From Octopus vulgaris (lineage: Eukaryota), in the NCBI GenBank assembly GCA_951406725.2, contig OX597819.1:130324001-130388000 (forward strand): DNA of 64,000 nt, written 5' to 3'. The translations under genes were made by a program, and so were the position numbers. The notes under the pieces are model-generated. The model ran no database searches, was not told the origin of the DNA, and was given only the letters and a program-made list of their open reading frames with translations. Shown here in pieces: positions 52,921 to 64,000 of this stretch (the stretch's first letter is position 1; each line of letters begins with the position of its first letter).

Positions 52921-54305
52921 TGGTGTTCTTGTTTTAATCGTGGATTGTATGTTTCAGTTGTGACTAATGACTAATGTTATTTTTGTTTTTAATGTTTTTA
53001 TTTTTTTTGCTGTTTTGGCATTTTTTTTCTTTTATGCTGTTGTTGCTGTTGTTGTTGCTGTTACTGCTATTTTCCAGGTTGTTTTGTTCAAACTTGTTTT
53101 TTTGTTTTTTTTCTTCTGTTTTGTTGTCCGTGAAAAGGTTTTTGTTAGCTTCTTTATTCGCGGTCATGTTGCATATTTGTTTGTTAATATTAATGATGGT
53201 AAGGGGTGGGGGGTGGATTTGCGATGTAAGTGGTGGTGGTGGTGGTGGGACGAAGACGAAGGCGGCGACCGCCCCCGTGCTGCTCCGCGGTGTTACGGGT
53301 GTTGGTTATGGTGGTGAAGATGATACGTTTGTGATGTAACTGATCGTGTGACGTTGTGACGTTGATGCTGATGGAGGTAATGGTGGTGGTATCGGCATTG
53401 GTAGTGAAGGTGGTAGAAGCGGTGTGAGTGGTGGCGTTGGTGGCGTTGGTGGCGTTGGTAGTGGTGTTGGTGGTGGTAGCGCTGATGGTGTTAGTGATTG
53501 TAGTGGTGATAGTGGTAGCAGTGATGACGATGTAATGGCGGTGGTGGTGGTGGCGGTGTTTCGCCGCGGTGGTTGTCATGTTAGTGGTGATCATGGTGGA
53601 GGTGATAGCAGTAGTAGTGGTGGTGGTGGTGGTGGTGGTGGTGGTGGTGGTGGTGGTGTCGGTGGTGGTCGGGGGGGCGGTGGTGGTCGGGGGTGGGGCG
53701 GCGGTTGTGGTCGGGGGGGCGGAGGTGGTCGTGGTGGCTGTGTTGTGAATATGGGAACGGTTTGTGAAAGTGCTGTAATGAATACACATCTTTTGTCAGA
53801 ATCGATATGTTAAGCTTGTAATACGAGAGAGTCGAGCGAGGTGAGAGGAGGTTGATATCGATGTGACTAGGATGATGATGATGATGGTGATGATGGTGAT
53901 GATGATGATGATGATAATGATGATGATGATGATGATGATGATGGTGATGGTGATGATGATGAAGCTGATGATGATGATGAATAGTGTTGCTGCTGTTGTT
54001 GATGATGATAGTGATGATGATCATGATGATGAGGAGGAATGCTATTGTTGTTGTTGATGATGATGATGACGACGACAATGGTCGCACTGATCAGGATGAA
54101 AATGATAAGGATGATAATGAGGATCACTGAAACTACAACAGCAGAAACGCCACCAACGGTCGTCTCGCTAGAAATAGCAGCGAAATTCTCTCAAATCACT
54201 TCTGTTTAAGAAGCAAGACTACCATAGAAAATATAGTTACAGATACACAAAAAGTAGGCTTAGATTTTTAAACAAGTGAAAAGTAAAATTCAATGCGTCT
54301 ATAGA

Positions 54306-54371
<66 letters not shown>

Positions 54372-54386
54372 TATATAATATATATT

Positions 54387-54465
<79 letters not shown>

Positions 54466-54469
<4 letters not shown>

Positions 54470-55710
54470 GATGATCTAGCTTTTTATCAAGAATGAAAAA
54501 AAGATAGAATCCTTAATACAGATTGTAAGACTTTACAGTAAAGATAGGCATGGTGTTTAAAATAGATAAATGTGCAATATTAGTCATGAGAAGCTAGACA
54601 GAAGTGCTAGGGTGGAGTTCAATATGAACGGAGGACTCCACCCAAGGCCAGGGGTAGCAAGATTATACTTACCTAGAAAGGAATGTAGAAAAGGGTTAAT
54701 ATCAGTAGAAGACTGCGTGGAGTTAGCTCGAGTAGTTATAGACTCCTACGTAGATAATAGTGAAGAAATGTTATTAGAAGCTGCTAGAGTCACAGAAAGA
54801 CAAGGAAACCAAAAACCCAAACGAGGTTAAAAACCAGAAAAAAGAACAGAAATTATCTGACTGGCAGGAGAAGACGTTACACGGTAGATTCTCAAAGACA
54901 GTTGCAGTAAATAGTTGTAGTGAGACATGGTTACGGTTGCAGAAAAGGAAAGCTGAAGAAGGAGACAGAAAGTTTGTTAGTAGAGGCACAAGCTCAAGCA
55001 TTAAGGACTAATCGGATAAAAGACAAGATAGACAAAACCAAGTAGATTCCTAATGTAGGTTATGCAAGTCATAAGAGGAAAGTGTTACTCATATATTAAG
55101 TGAATGTAGCATTTTGGCACAGAAAGAATACAAGAAAAGACATGACAACATAGAGTGAGTAATCCAATGGGTGTTATCTAGAAAGATAGGATTTAACTAT
55201 ACTGATAAATGGTATGAACATGAACCTAGTAACATACTAGAAAATATGAAATAGATATTGTGGGACTTTAACATTTAGACTGGCAGAAGCTAGAAAGCCT
55301 GATTTAGTAGGAGTAGATAAAGGGAACAGAAAGTGCCAGCAAATTGACTTTACAGTCCTAAATGATATCAAAATCTGTATGAAAGGTATAGAAAAATAGC
55401 AAAAGTACCAGGACCTAGCCATTGAATTACAGAGACTATGGAAAGTGTAGGTAAAAATGTATTCCAGGAGTTACAGGTGCATTGGGAATTATCCATAAAG
55501 ATTTGAACAGATGGGTAGAGGAAATAGGTACAAAAACCCAGTTTAGTACAGCTCCATAAAACAGTGTTATTAGGGACAGTTAGGATACTTATGAGGGTTC
55601 TTGGCATCTAAGGTTAATTGTTGTAACCCGATGTTAGGGATTTTTCTTTTCCAACAGACTAATCTGTTGTGTGTATAGGAATAATAATGATAACAGTAAA
55701 TAATAATGAT
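54466..55710 (+). mobile_element. R4/Dong-clade LINE 3' portion (RT end, CCHC finger, restriction-like endonuclease), degenerate
   Basis: DDL, LHPRPGVARLYLPRKE..GLISVEDC, CRLC..HILSEC..LAQKEYKKRHD, WYEHEP, ILWDF, KPDLV, KYQDL, GALG, LLGT; stop at ~55611 and TAA-rich tail. Confidence 0.9.
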
Positions 55711-55824
55711 TTCATTTATTTGCCACTAGCGCAAAGGGTGAGAAGGACAATACTAAACAGGCATAAAGTGTTGGGGTTTACTTTAATGAAACGAATAAAA
55801 TAAAATAAAATAAAATAATAATCC

Positions 55825-56015
55825 TTTCTACTATAGGCACAAGGCCTGAAATTTTGGGGGAGGGGACTAGACGATTACATCGACCACAGTGTTTCATTTG
55901 TTCATAATTTATTGATGAAAGGCAAAGTCGACCTCGGCGGAATTTGAACTCAGAACGTACAGACGGACGAAATGCCGCTAAGCATTTTACCCAGCGTGCT
56001 AACGATTCTGCTAGC
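55825..56015 (-). mobile_element. SINE A (alternative tail)
   Basis: Family match. Confidence 0.82.
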
Positions 56016-56023
56016 TCACTACC

Positions 56024-56070
<47 letters not shown>

Positions 56071-56071
56071 T

Positions 56072-56594
56072 GTGTGTTAAGTAGCTTGCTTACAAACCAC
56101 ATGGTTCCGGGTTCAGTCCCTCTGCGTGGCACCTTGGGCAAGTGTTTTCTACTATAGCCGGGACCCGACCAAAGCCTTGTGAGTGGATTTGGTAGACGGA
56201 AACTGAAAGAAGCTCATCGTATATATGTATATATATATAAATGTGTGTGCGTGTGTGTGTGTGTGTGTGTCTGTGTTTGTCCCCTCAACAACGCTTGACA
56301 ACCGATGCTGGTGTGCTTACGTTCCCGTAACTTAGCGGTTCGGCAAAGAGCCCTATAAAATAAGTACTATGCTTACAAAGAATAAGTCCTGAGGTAGATT
56401 TGCTCGACTAAAGGCGGTGCTCCAGCATGGCCACAGTCAAATGACTAAAACAAGTAAAAGAGTAAAGAAGAAGAAGAAGAAGAAGAAGAAGAAGAAGAAG
56501 AAGAAGAAGAAGAAGAAGAAGAAGAAGAAGAAGAAGAAGAAGAAGAAGAAGAAGAAGAAGAAGAAGAAGAAGAAGAAGAAGAAGAAGAAGAAGA
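56072..56594 (+). mobile_element. SINE B (56072-56466) followed by (GAA)n
   Basis: Family match; the tail gtaaaagagtaaa runs into (GAA)n. Confidence 0.9.
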
Positions 56595-56697
56595 AACAAT
56601 GACGACGACAGGAATAATTGCTGGAGTGTGCGTTGAAATCTAAATCAAGTTTATGAATTCAATGTTGAAGAAAAGTCATCCAAACAACCCCAGAGGC

Positions 56698-57222
56698 TGT
56701 TATAGGGAATTATACTTGCTGTGGCGAGAGTAGGACACTCTCTGATGAGAACAGACGAGACCATTGCATATAAATAGTAGCGGTCGGACGTATCCGGGCA
56801 GTTCGGTAGTCTAGGTGCAGTTTACAGTTTTATTTAGTTGTTGATTGTTGGTTCGTTGCGTAATTGTTTCTGCCGCTGTTTCTATTTTGTATTATTAACA
56901 CTGTTACAGTGTATTCTTTATCTATCGTCGACAATATCAACCGTACAACGATACCTATTTCTTTACTACCCACAAGGGGCTAAACACAGAGGGGACTAAC
57001 AAGGACAGACAAACGGATTAGGTCGCTTACATCGACCCCCAATGCGTAACTAGTACTTAATTTATCGACCCCGAAAGGTTGAAAGGCAAAGTCGACCTCG
57101 GCGAAATTTGAACTCAGAACGTAACGGCAGACGAAATACTGCCAGGCATGCCAGGCATTTGGCCCGGCGTGCTAACGATTCTGCCAGCTCGCTGCCTTTA
57201 TCGGAGGCGTAAGGATATAACA
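56698..57222 (+). mobile_element. Possible solo LTR interrupted by a SINE A
   Basis: Starts TGTTATA, internal TATAAATA; TATAACA at 57216-57222. TSD is ambiguous: gaggc precedes the start and recurs at 57204. Confidence 0.35.
56951..57197 (-). mobile_element. Full-length SINE A
   Basis: Runs head to tail and ends aaagaaataggtat on the minus strand. Confidence 0.9.
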
Positions 57223-57381
57223 ATAATTATAGGATTTCAAGAGGGTGCTCCAAGAAGAATGATCATACTAGAGAAGCAAAGTCACCATGCATAATCCGAT
57301 GGAACCAGAAAGAAAAAAACAACAACAAACAACGTGTGTAAGATCACAGACTTTGCAATACCATGCGTTTTTTTACAATTT

Positions 57382-57532
57382 TTTACATTTGAAGGATATT
57401 TGTCTTCATCTTGTTTGTTGTTAACACAACGTTTCGGCTGATACACCTGTGGGCCCACGGGCATATGGCGTAATAGTTAAGAGCGCGGGCTACTAACCCC
57501 AATATTCCGAGTTCGATCCCAGGCAGTGACCG

Positions 57533-57577
<45 letters not shown>

Positions 57578-57757
57578 CAACATCGAAAACTACCATAGAA
57601 ATGAGAACCCAGGTTCGAAATTTCCCCAAGACACCTGATGAAGGCTGGAGGGTATATCAGCCGAAACGTTGTGTTAACAACATACAAGATGAGGACAAAT
57701 ATCCGTCAATTGTAAATAATGTACATAATTCATCATCTCTTAAATATAGAACTGTAA
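57382..57757 (+). mobile_element. tRNA-headed element with (AAT)n linker, hammerhead-bearing tail and a 5' inverted partial tail copy
   Basis: A-box tggcgtaatagtt (57466), B-box gagttcgatccc (57509-57520), hammerhead at 57631-57674; 57382-57447 is the reverse complement of 57651-57716 (5 mismatches). Confidence 0.75.
57631..57674 (+). ncRNA. Minimal hammerhead ribozyme motif
   Basis: Stem I acac/gtgt, CTGATGA, extra A, stem II ggctgg/tcagcc, GAAAC, palindromic AACGTT replacing stem III. Confidence 0.75.
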
Positions 57758-57864
57758 TGCGTTTTTCTCTAATTTTGTTGATATGAACGTTAAGATAGAA
57801 TTCGCCAAATCCTATATACAAGGTGAAAGGTTCTATTGTCGTAGTGTTTAACCACGACGCTACT

Positions 57865-58097
57865 TGGATTTTGGTGTACCTCGGCCACTTGATAATTCCT
57901 TAACCTGTATAAATTTCTATAGCATAATAGTGTTTATACCTACCCCTTTTGATATACATACATTTATATGGTTGACGGATTTATAGACAATTTAGTTGTG
58001 ATGCATAAAAATCAAAAACGGTATCCATTGCTTCGCAGAGAACATAGATTGAACCTACAAACCTCTGGTCCAGTGTGCTTCTACCGCGCCACCCTGT
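57865..58097 (-). mobile_element. Initiator-tRNA(Met)-derived element, copy 1
   Basis: Collinear with 61425-61658; minus-strand head cagggtggcgcggtagaagcacactgg..agaggtttgtaggttcaatc. Confidence 0.65.
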
Positions 58098-58128
58098 TCA
58101 ACAAATGCTCAGGCAAATATATAATGTG

Positions 58129-58264
58129 CTAGCAGTATAACCCGGCCTTGCCCGGGATTAAGTTACGATTATTAAGCTAATCAAGTTCTTTATTTCAAAC
58201 CAAACTAAGTAATATCGACGTCAAATTTGGGCGAAATCCTTTGAAATTGGTTTATATATATATA
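58129..58264 (-). mobile_element. Short non-autonomous Helitron remnant
   Basis: CTAG at 58129 with hairpin cccgg-ccttgc-ccggg 8 nt inside. Confidence 0.5.
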
Positions 58265-58454
58265 ATTTCTACCGTGAAGCCTCGGAAATTGCACCCATTT
58301 ATCTTGCGTAATTCACTGACAAACTGTTTCTTTGTTGTTAAATAAATGGATTCAACAACTGGGGTCGATGTAAGCTACTGTCCTGCTCTCCACAAATTCC
58401 AGGCCATGTTCCCATAGTAGAAAGGATTATTATTATCATTATATTTAAACCGGT

Positions 58455-58642
58455 GACCTGGCAGAATCGTTAGCATGCAGTATTTCGTCCGTCTTTACGT
58501 TCTGAGTTCAAATTTTGCCGAGGTCGACTTTATGTATAACCCTTTCGGGGCCGATAAATTAAGTACCAGTGAAACACTGGGGTCGATGTAATCGACTAGT
58601 CCCATACCCGAAAATAGCTGCCCTTGTGGCAAAATTTGAAAC
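58455..58642 (+). mobile_element. SINE A (alternative tail) followed by (ATT)n
   Basis: Family match. Confidence 0.82.
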
Positions 58643-58659
58643 CATTATTATTATTATCA

Positions 58660-58723
<64 letters not shown>

Positions 58724-58781
58724 CAGCAGCAGCAGCAGCAGCACCATTGGCGTTATTTCTGTTTCTTATCTGTAAATAACG

Positions 58782-58819
<38 letters not shown>

Positions 58820-60896
58820 TTTATTAATTATGATTATATTGAATAAACAAACGTAAATTTCGAAAAAGAATTAGCAACCCCAATAACCCAATAAATAAAA
58901 CATGGAGTCGTAGGTGGGGCGCTGAAAATAGGCTCACACATACGCATATATACACACGTACAACATACAGCAGTAATCATCCCCCGAACAGCAGCAACAT
59001 CATCATTAATAACAACAACAACTAAGAATATTGGAATATTGGAATATAAACAATAAAATAGTTTAAAGAGCAATGGGCAGATATATTGAATTTAGTTGAC
59101 CAAAATTGATTTTGCTAAGAAAGCTAAAGCTATGCTTTAAGATATAAAAGAAAATAAACTAATAATATTTACCATATTAAACTTTCACTAAGTCATTTTT
59201 AATAATTTCTTCGTAATTTTTTTTTGTTATTATTTTATACACTATTTTCTCGAACGCGCTTTTGAATTAAGAGTTTAAATTATATTTGCAAGCCAGATTG
59301 AGGTGATGAAGGTGGGGGCTTTTATCGAATCATCTATATTTTGTAAAGATGTAATAATAAAGTAAAATGCTCGTACTGTCTTTGCACAAAATATATTTGC
59401 AGGAATGGGTGTATGGTTAAGATGTTGTTTGCTTGGCAATCCGAAGTACTTAATTTCGATCTGGCTGCGCGGTACCTTAGATAAATATTTTCCACCATAA
59501 TGCCAGTGACGACCAAATAAGGGAAATATGACGGTGGCCGTATCAGTGAATTCTCTGTTTTGTCTTTCTTCCTTCTTTTATTGGTTTCAGTCATTTGACT
59601 GCGGCTGTGCCGCGGCGCGGCTTTGAAGGGTTTTGGTCGAATAAATCGACCCCTTGTCCTGGATGTATTGTTGTGTGTTCGTCCTTCGTATTCGAAGATG
59701 ACTCCATCTCTGATAGATCCTTACAACAGAGGACGCAGCAGTGAAGGCGAAAGGAGATTCGTGAGTGTTCTTCCTAAACTAGACTGTCGTTTCGGGGGAA
59801 ACTACTGCATTTCGTTGTCGTTCTCCAACCAATCTGTAAGAGTGACGGTGAAAAGAGGCAATATTCATTTAATTTTAGCCATGTGCATGAGGTTGATTTT
59901 GCCGAAATTCCTCTTCTGGAACTTTTTCGTTTGTTATTTCTATTGTTTGTCTTTAACCTCAGTTTAGCAGAGTAGGTATAAGGCCAAAAATATTCCGGCT
60001 TTCAATGTTTTTAACACTCTTTTTTCTTAATTATTTAATATATTATTTTAAAAACAAATTATGAGACGTGATTTGAAGACTATTTGGCTGCTATATCTAC
60101 CAGGTCGAATAAACGTAGAGAAGTTTGGTTGCTGTTATTGTTGCAGCTCAGCTTTGATCCAACAAGCTTATGAGTAATCCGTTCCAAAGATGACCGTCTC
60201 ATTTCATTTACAGAAAATGTATTTACAGACACTCGGCTTATTTATCCTTTGTAACAATAGTGAAGTGATAGAATGATAGTGATGACTTCGGAGGTTGCTA
60301 TTTAGCCCTAGGTCAATTTTCAGTGAGTAAACCGAGGATCAAAAGCATACCAGCAACGGGTATCAAATTACTTTAAGACTATATCTATGATATCCAATTT
60401 TCTTTCACTTAAGACAACAAAGACAGCTAAGAGGAGAAATTTAGCTGTTATTTCTAGTAGGTCGACCTAAAACGTTGGAGCTTCACTACTAGCTCGTATT
60501 TGTACGTAACTTTTGTTGCTTGACGAGCAATTAGCATACTCATTACAGGATAAATTAAAAGAATTACATGAGATAAGAAACAGATTTGTTCGGACATACT
60601 TCTCGAGTCGTGTTTCTTGAATAACCTTTTTCTAGATTCCCTCGTTTTATCATTTCACCATCCCGATCCCCGATCACCACCAGGTAAAAGGAAAAAGAAG
60701 TCTTGTCTACCTCATCTTATTGGAGTAAATTGTGCTGTGGGAAGAGAGGATGGGGGACGCGCAAGAAAGGAAAGAAAAAATGTACTGGGTGTCAGTGGAG
60801 GGCTGTTGCAAGAACACACTTTCTGGTGGTGAAAGGAAGAAAGAGAATTCGCAGACCCTCGGTCGGTCTGGACATTGCAGGGATCTTTTCTACTAT

Positions 60897-61335
60897 ATGT
60901 TTCTTTATTACCCACAACGGACTAAACATAGAGGGGACAAACAAGGACAGACAAGCGGATTAAGTTGATTACACTCGACCTTAGTGCGTAACTGGTACTT
61001 AATTTTATCGACCCCCTAAAGGATGAAAGGAAAAGTCGAACTCGGTGGAATTTGAACTCAGAACGTAACGGCAGACGAAATACGGCTACGCATTTCGCCC
61101 GGCGTGCTAACGTTTCTGCCAGCTCGCCGCCTTTTCTACTCTAGGCACACGGCAGGGTGGTGGGAGGCTATTCGACTGCATTGACCCCAGTGCTCAACTG
61201 GTACTTATTTTATCGAACTCGAAATGATGAAAGGCAGAGAAGACCTCGGTGGAATTTGAACTCAGAACGTAAAGCCAGGATAAATTCCGCTAAGCATTTT
61301 GACCGAAGTGCTAACGAGTCTGCCAACTTGCCATC
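60897..61335 (-). mobile_element. Two adjacent SINE A copies (61135-61335 alternative tail; 60897-61131 full length)
   Basis: Family match. Confidence 0.85.
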
Positions 61336-61424
61336 TTTTCGGGCATAACAGGAATGAATAGGAAAAAAAGCCATCATGAACACGATAACAAGATAGGGAC
61401 TACTGAGAAAATACCTAGAGGGAT

Positions 61425-61658
61425 TTTAGTGTACTCTGGCCAGTTGATAATCCCTTAACTCTGTATAAATTTCTACTGTATAATATAGTTTGTACCTACT
61501 TTTTTTAAGTATATATACAGTTATATGGTTGACATATATATATATATAACAACTTAGTTGCGATGCATAAATATTAATAATAGCATCCATTACTTCACAG
61601 AGAACATTGTTTCGATCTACGGACTTCCGATCCAGCACGCTTGCACTGCGCCACTCTG
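61425..61658 (-). mobile_element. Initiator-tRNA(Met)-derived element, copy 2
   Basis: Minus strand cagagtggcgcagtgcaagcgtgctgg-atcggaagtccgtagatcgaaacaatgttctctg aligns by eye to eukaryotic tRNAi-Met with the anticodon loop missing, followed by a ~175-nt shared tail. Confidence 0.7.
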
Positions 61659-62611
61659 TAGAATGCCATTTGAAAGCAGGCCTAAGCTTGATCGACCTAG
61701 GTCGTGTCACCTGATCGAAGATATGTAATCAGAGTCATGTTGAAGCGTCGGTTCACTGGGCAGTTATCCAGTGGTGTTACTGATCAAGGGGGCCCATTTC
61801 TGTCCTATGTATGTTATAGCGACAATATATAAAGACTTAGGGCACAATGCGTTGAATTACGCGGGAGTCAATAATGCTACTAAGACAGTCTGGTACGTAA
61901 TACCTGAAACAGCCCGTTACTTCAGGATACTTCAACACTGAAGAGGTGTCCTAGTGGCGCGTCTTAAGACATATGTGGAGTGGCGATAACATTAATACCT
62001 TCCTCATTAAAATTACGGCAAACAAATCTAGCAAAAACTGAACTGCAATGATGATGAAGAATTTTTCAATGTAATAATAATTTCCCCCACAGAAGTTCCC
62101 AAATTTCACTCTAGAATCCTGAAATTCGCCCCAGCTTGCGTTCCGATGGTTGGGTACAGAGTGGAGAGAATTTATCTTAGGTTTTAGAATTGCGGATCTA
62201 GACAGTATACAAATAATGAAGAAAACGTTTATATTGTTATGTACACATGTGTAGAAATTTATCTAAGCAAGATTTGACGATATATTCTTAAATAAACACA
62301 GATGTGTATATCTTTCGCTCTCAAATTCTATTATTCTTTTGCTGGCTTTAGTCAGGCTGCGGCCATGTTAAGGCGCCAGGATATATACATATATATACGT
62401 GTGTGTGTGTGTGTGTGTGTGTGTATGCATATATATATATATATGTGTGTGTGTATGTATGTGTATATGTATATATATATGTATATATATATATATATGT
62501 ATGTATTCATGCCTGCATATGCGTGCATATATATATATATATATATATACATATATGTGCGTTTGTATGTGTATATATATATATACATATGTATGTATTC
62601 ATGCATGCATA

Positions 62612-62663
<52 letters not shown>

Positions 62664-62702
62664 GATATATGTACACACACATATATACATATATAAATAC
62701 AA

Positions 62703-62735
<33 letters not shown>

Positions 62736-62750
62736 CAACGCACACACATA

Positions 62751-63310
62751 CAGGGTGCGGTGAATATATTGCATTCTAAATTACGCAAAAATGAAAATAA
62801 CACTGACATGTCATTTTAACAGATATATTTATCAAAATTATATAAAAATATCTTGAAATACTAAAGAGCAGATTTATTCAATAGGCTTCAATCACGGCCT
62901 CCAGACGACTTCGAAATCTCCTGCAACTCTTCTGGACGGTCTCCTTGTTTAAGTTGGTGAATACTGCCATAATCCTTGCCTTCAGTTCATCTTTGGTGTT
63001 ACAAGGAGTTTTGTTGGTCTCTCGCTCAAATGCACCCACACATAACAATCAAGGGGATTGCAGTCTGGGGAGTGATCACTCCAAACACCATGATGTTGGC
63101 TGGATGTTTGATTTGTATAACTCTCGGTACATGCTTTGGGAACACGACAAAACAACGGTTGTTCTCAGTGTTCACCATCTGTTCGTGTTGGAATTTCCTA
63201 CGCGAATGCCAAGCAGTACAATATGTAGTTTTCAAATTTCTGGCAGAGTGAATTGCATCTAGGTGCTGTTTTTACTCACAGACGTTGCCCAACTGACCCT
63301 ACTATACTGT
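62751..63310 (-). mobile_element. Internally deleted IS630-Tc1-mariner element
   Basis: TA|cagggtgcgg terminus; KHPANIMVFGVI fused to PDCNPLD..VW and NTKDELKARIMA..CRRFRSRLEAVIEA. The other end is uncertain. Confidence 0.8.
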
Positions 63311-63410
63311 GTATTCGACAAAATGAAAGACAAACCATACATGCGCGAATTAAAACTGGTTACAATTTATCCATCGCACCCTCTCTCTTCCGCTATCTCT
63401 CTCTCTCTCT

Positions 63411-63466
<56 letters not shown>

Positions 63467-63697
63467 GAATATATATATGTATGTATGTATATATACAAAC
63501 ACATACATGCATACATACATACATACATATATATATATATATGTGTGTGTGTATATGTATGTATGTATGTAACAACCAACAGTCTATACCGTAGTATACA
63601 CAAATGTACATGCAAATACACAAACATACAATGCATTCTCATTTAATGTATTTCAAGAATATATATATACACTTTTATAGAATATACATACATACTT

Positions 63698-63757
<60 letters not shown>

Positions 63758-63821
63758 TTTGTTTTTATATCGGGTTTAATAAGAACAATTTAGCATTACA
63801 TTGAATGATTACTTAGCACTT

Positions 63822-63897
63822 TTTGTAGAGTATATATTTGTATATATTTGTAGTTGTAGAGTATATATTTGTAGAGTATATATTTGTAGAGTATATA
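63822..63897. repeat. Short minisatellite (tatatatttgtagag-like units)
   Basis: Direct reading. Confidence 0.8.
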
Positions 63898-64000
63898 CAA
63901 AAATAGTGATGACACTGACTTTGAAATTTCGGCCTTCTAGGTGCATCAGACTCTCGTGCGTGTGTGTGTGTGTGTGTGTGCGCGCGCGCGTGTCTGTATG

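Noticed and set aside
52496-52963. Poly-Lys/Glu ORF
   Set aside because: It is a (GAA)n microsatellite.
57459-57531. Functional tRNA gene (also 61598-61658 and other SINE heads)
   Set aside because: Acceptor and T stems pair poorly or the anticodon arm is deleted; treated as retroposon heads.

Overview
Eukaryotic, AT-rich DNA saturated with microsatellites and repeats, with no recognisable host exon, so most likely intronic or intergenic. The SINE families and simple-repeat load look like an Octopus (coleoid cephalopod) genome; this is inference from repeat content. Nearly all listed ORFs are translations of simple repeats. The real coding remnants are all transposon relics: about eight IS630/Tc1/mariner pieces (one nested in another), an ORF1-only L1/Tx1-like element, a Tx1 ORF2 end, two R4/Dong fragments and Helitron pieces. 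The most interesting layer is non-coding RNA architecture. (1) About ten hammerhead-ribozyme-like motifs of the minimal type carried by Penelope-like elements, two of them inside inverted duplications. (2) A tRNA-headed (Pol III) element ending in a well-formed minimal hammerhead, a candidate Penelope-mobilised ribozyme SINE. (3) A SINE family forming head-to-tail multimers with a fixed re-entry junction, whose monomers also end in the first bases of that junction, suggesting circular or multimeric RNA templates. (4) An ORF1-only retroelement inserted with a 24-bp direct repeat into the end of a hammerhead-bearing element. All coordinates were read by eye and may be off by a few bases.
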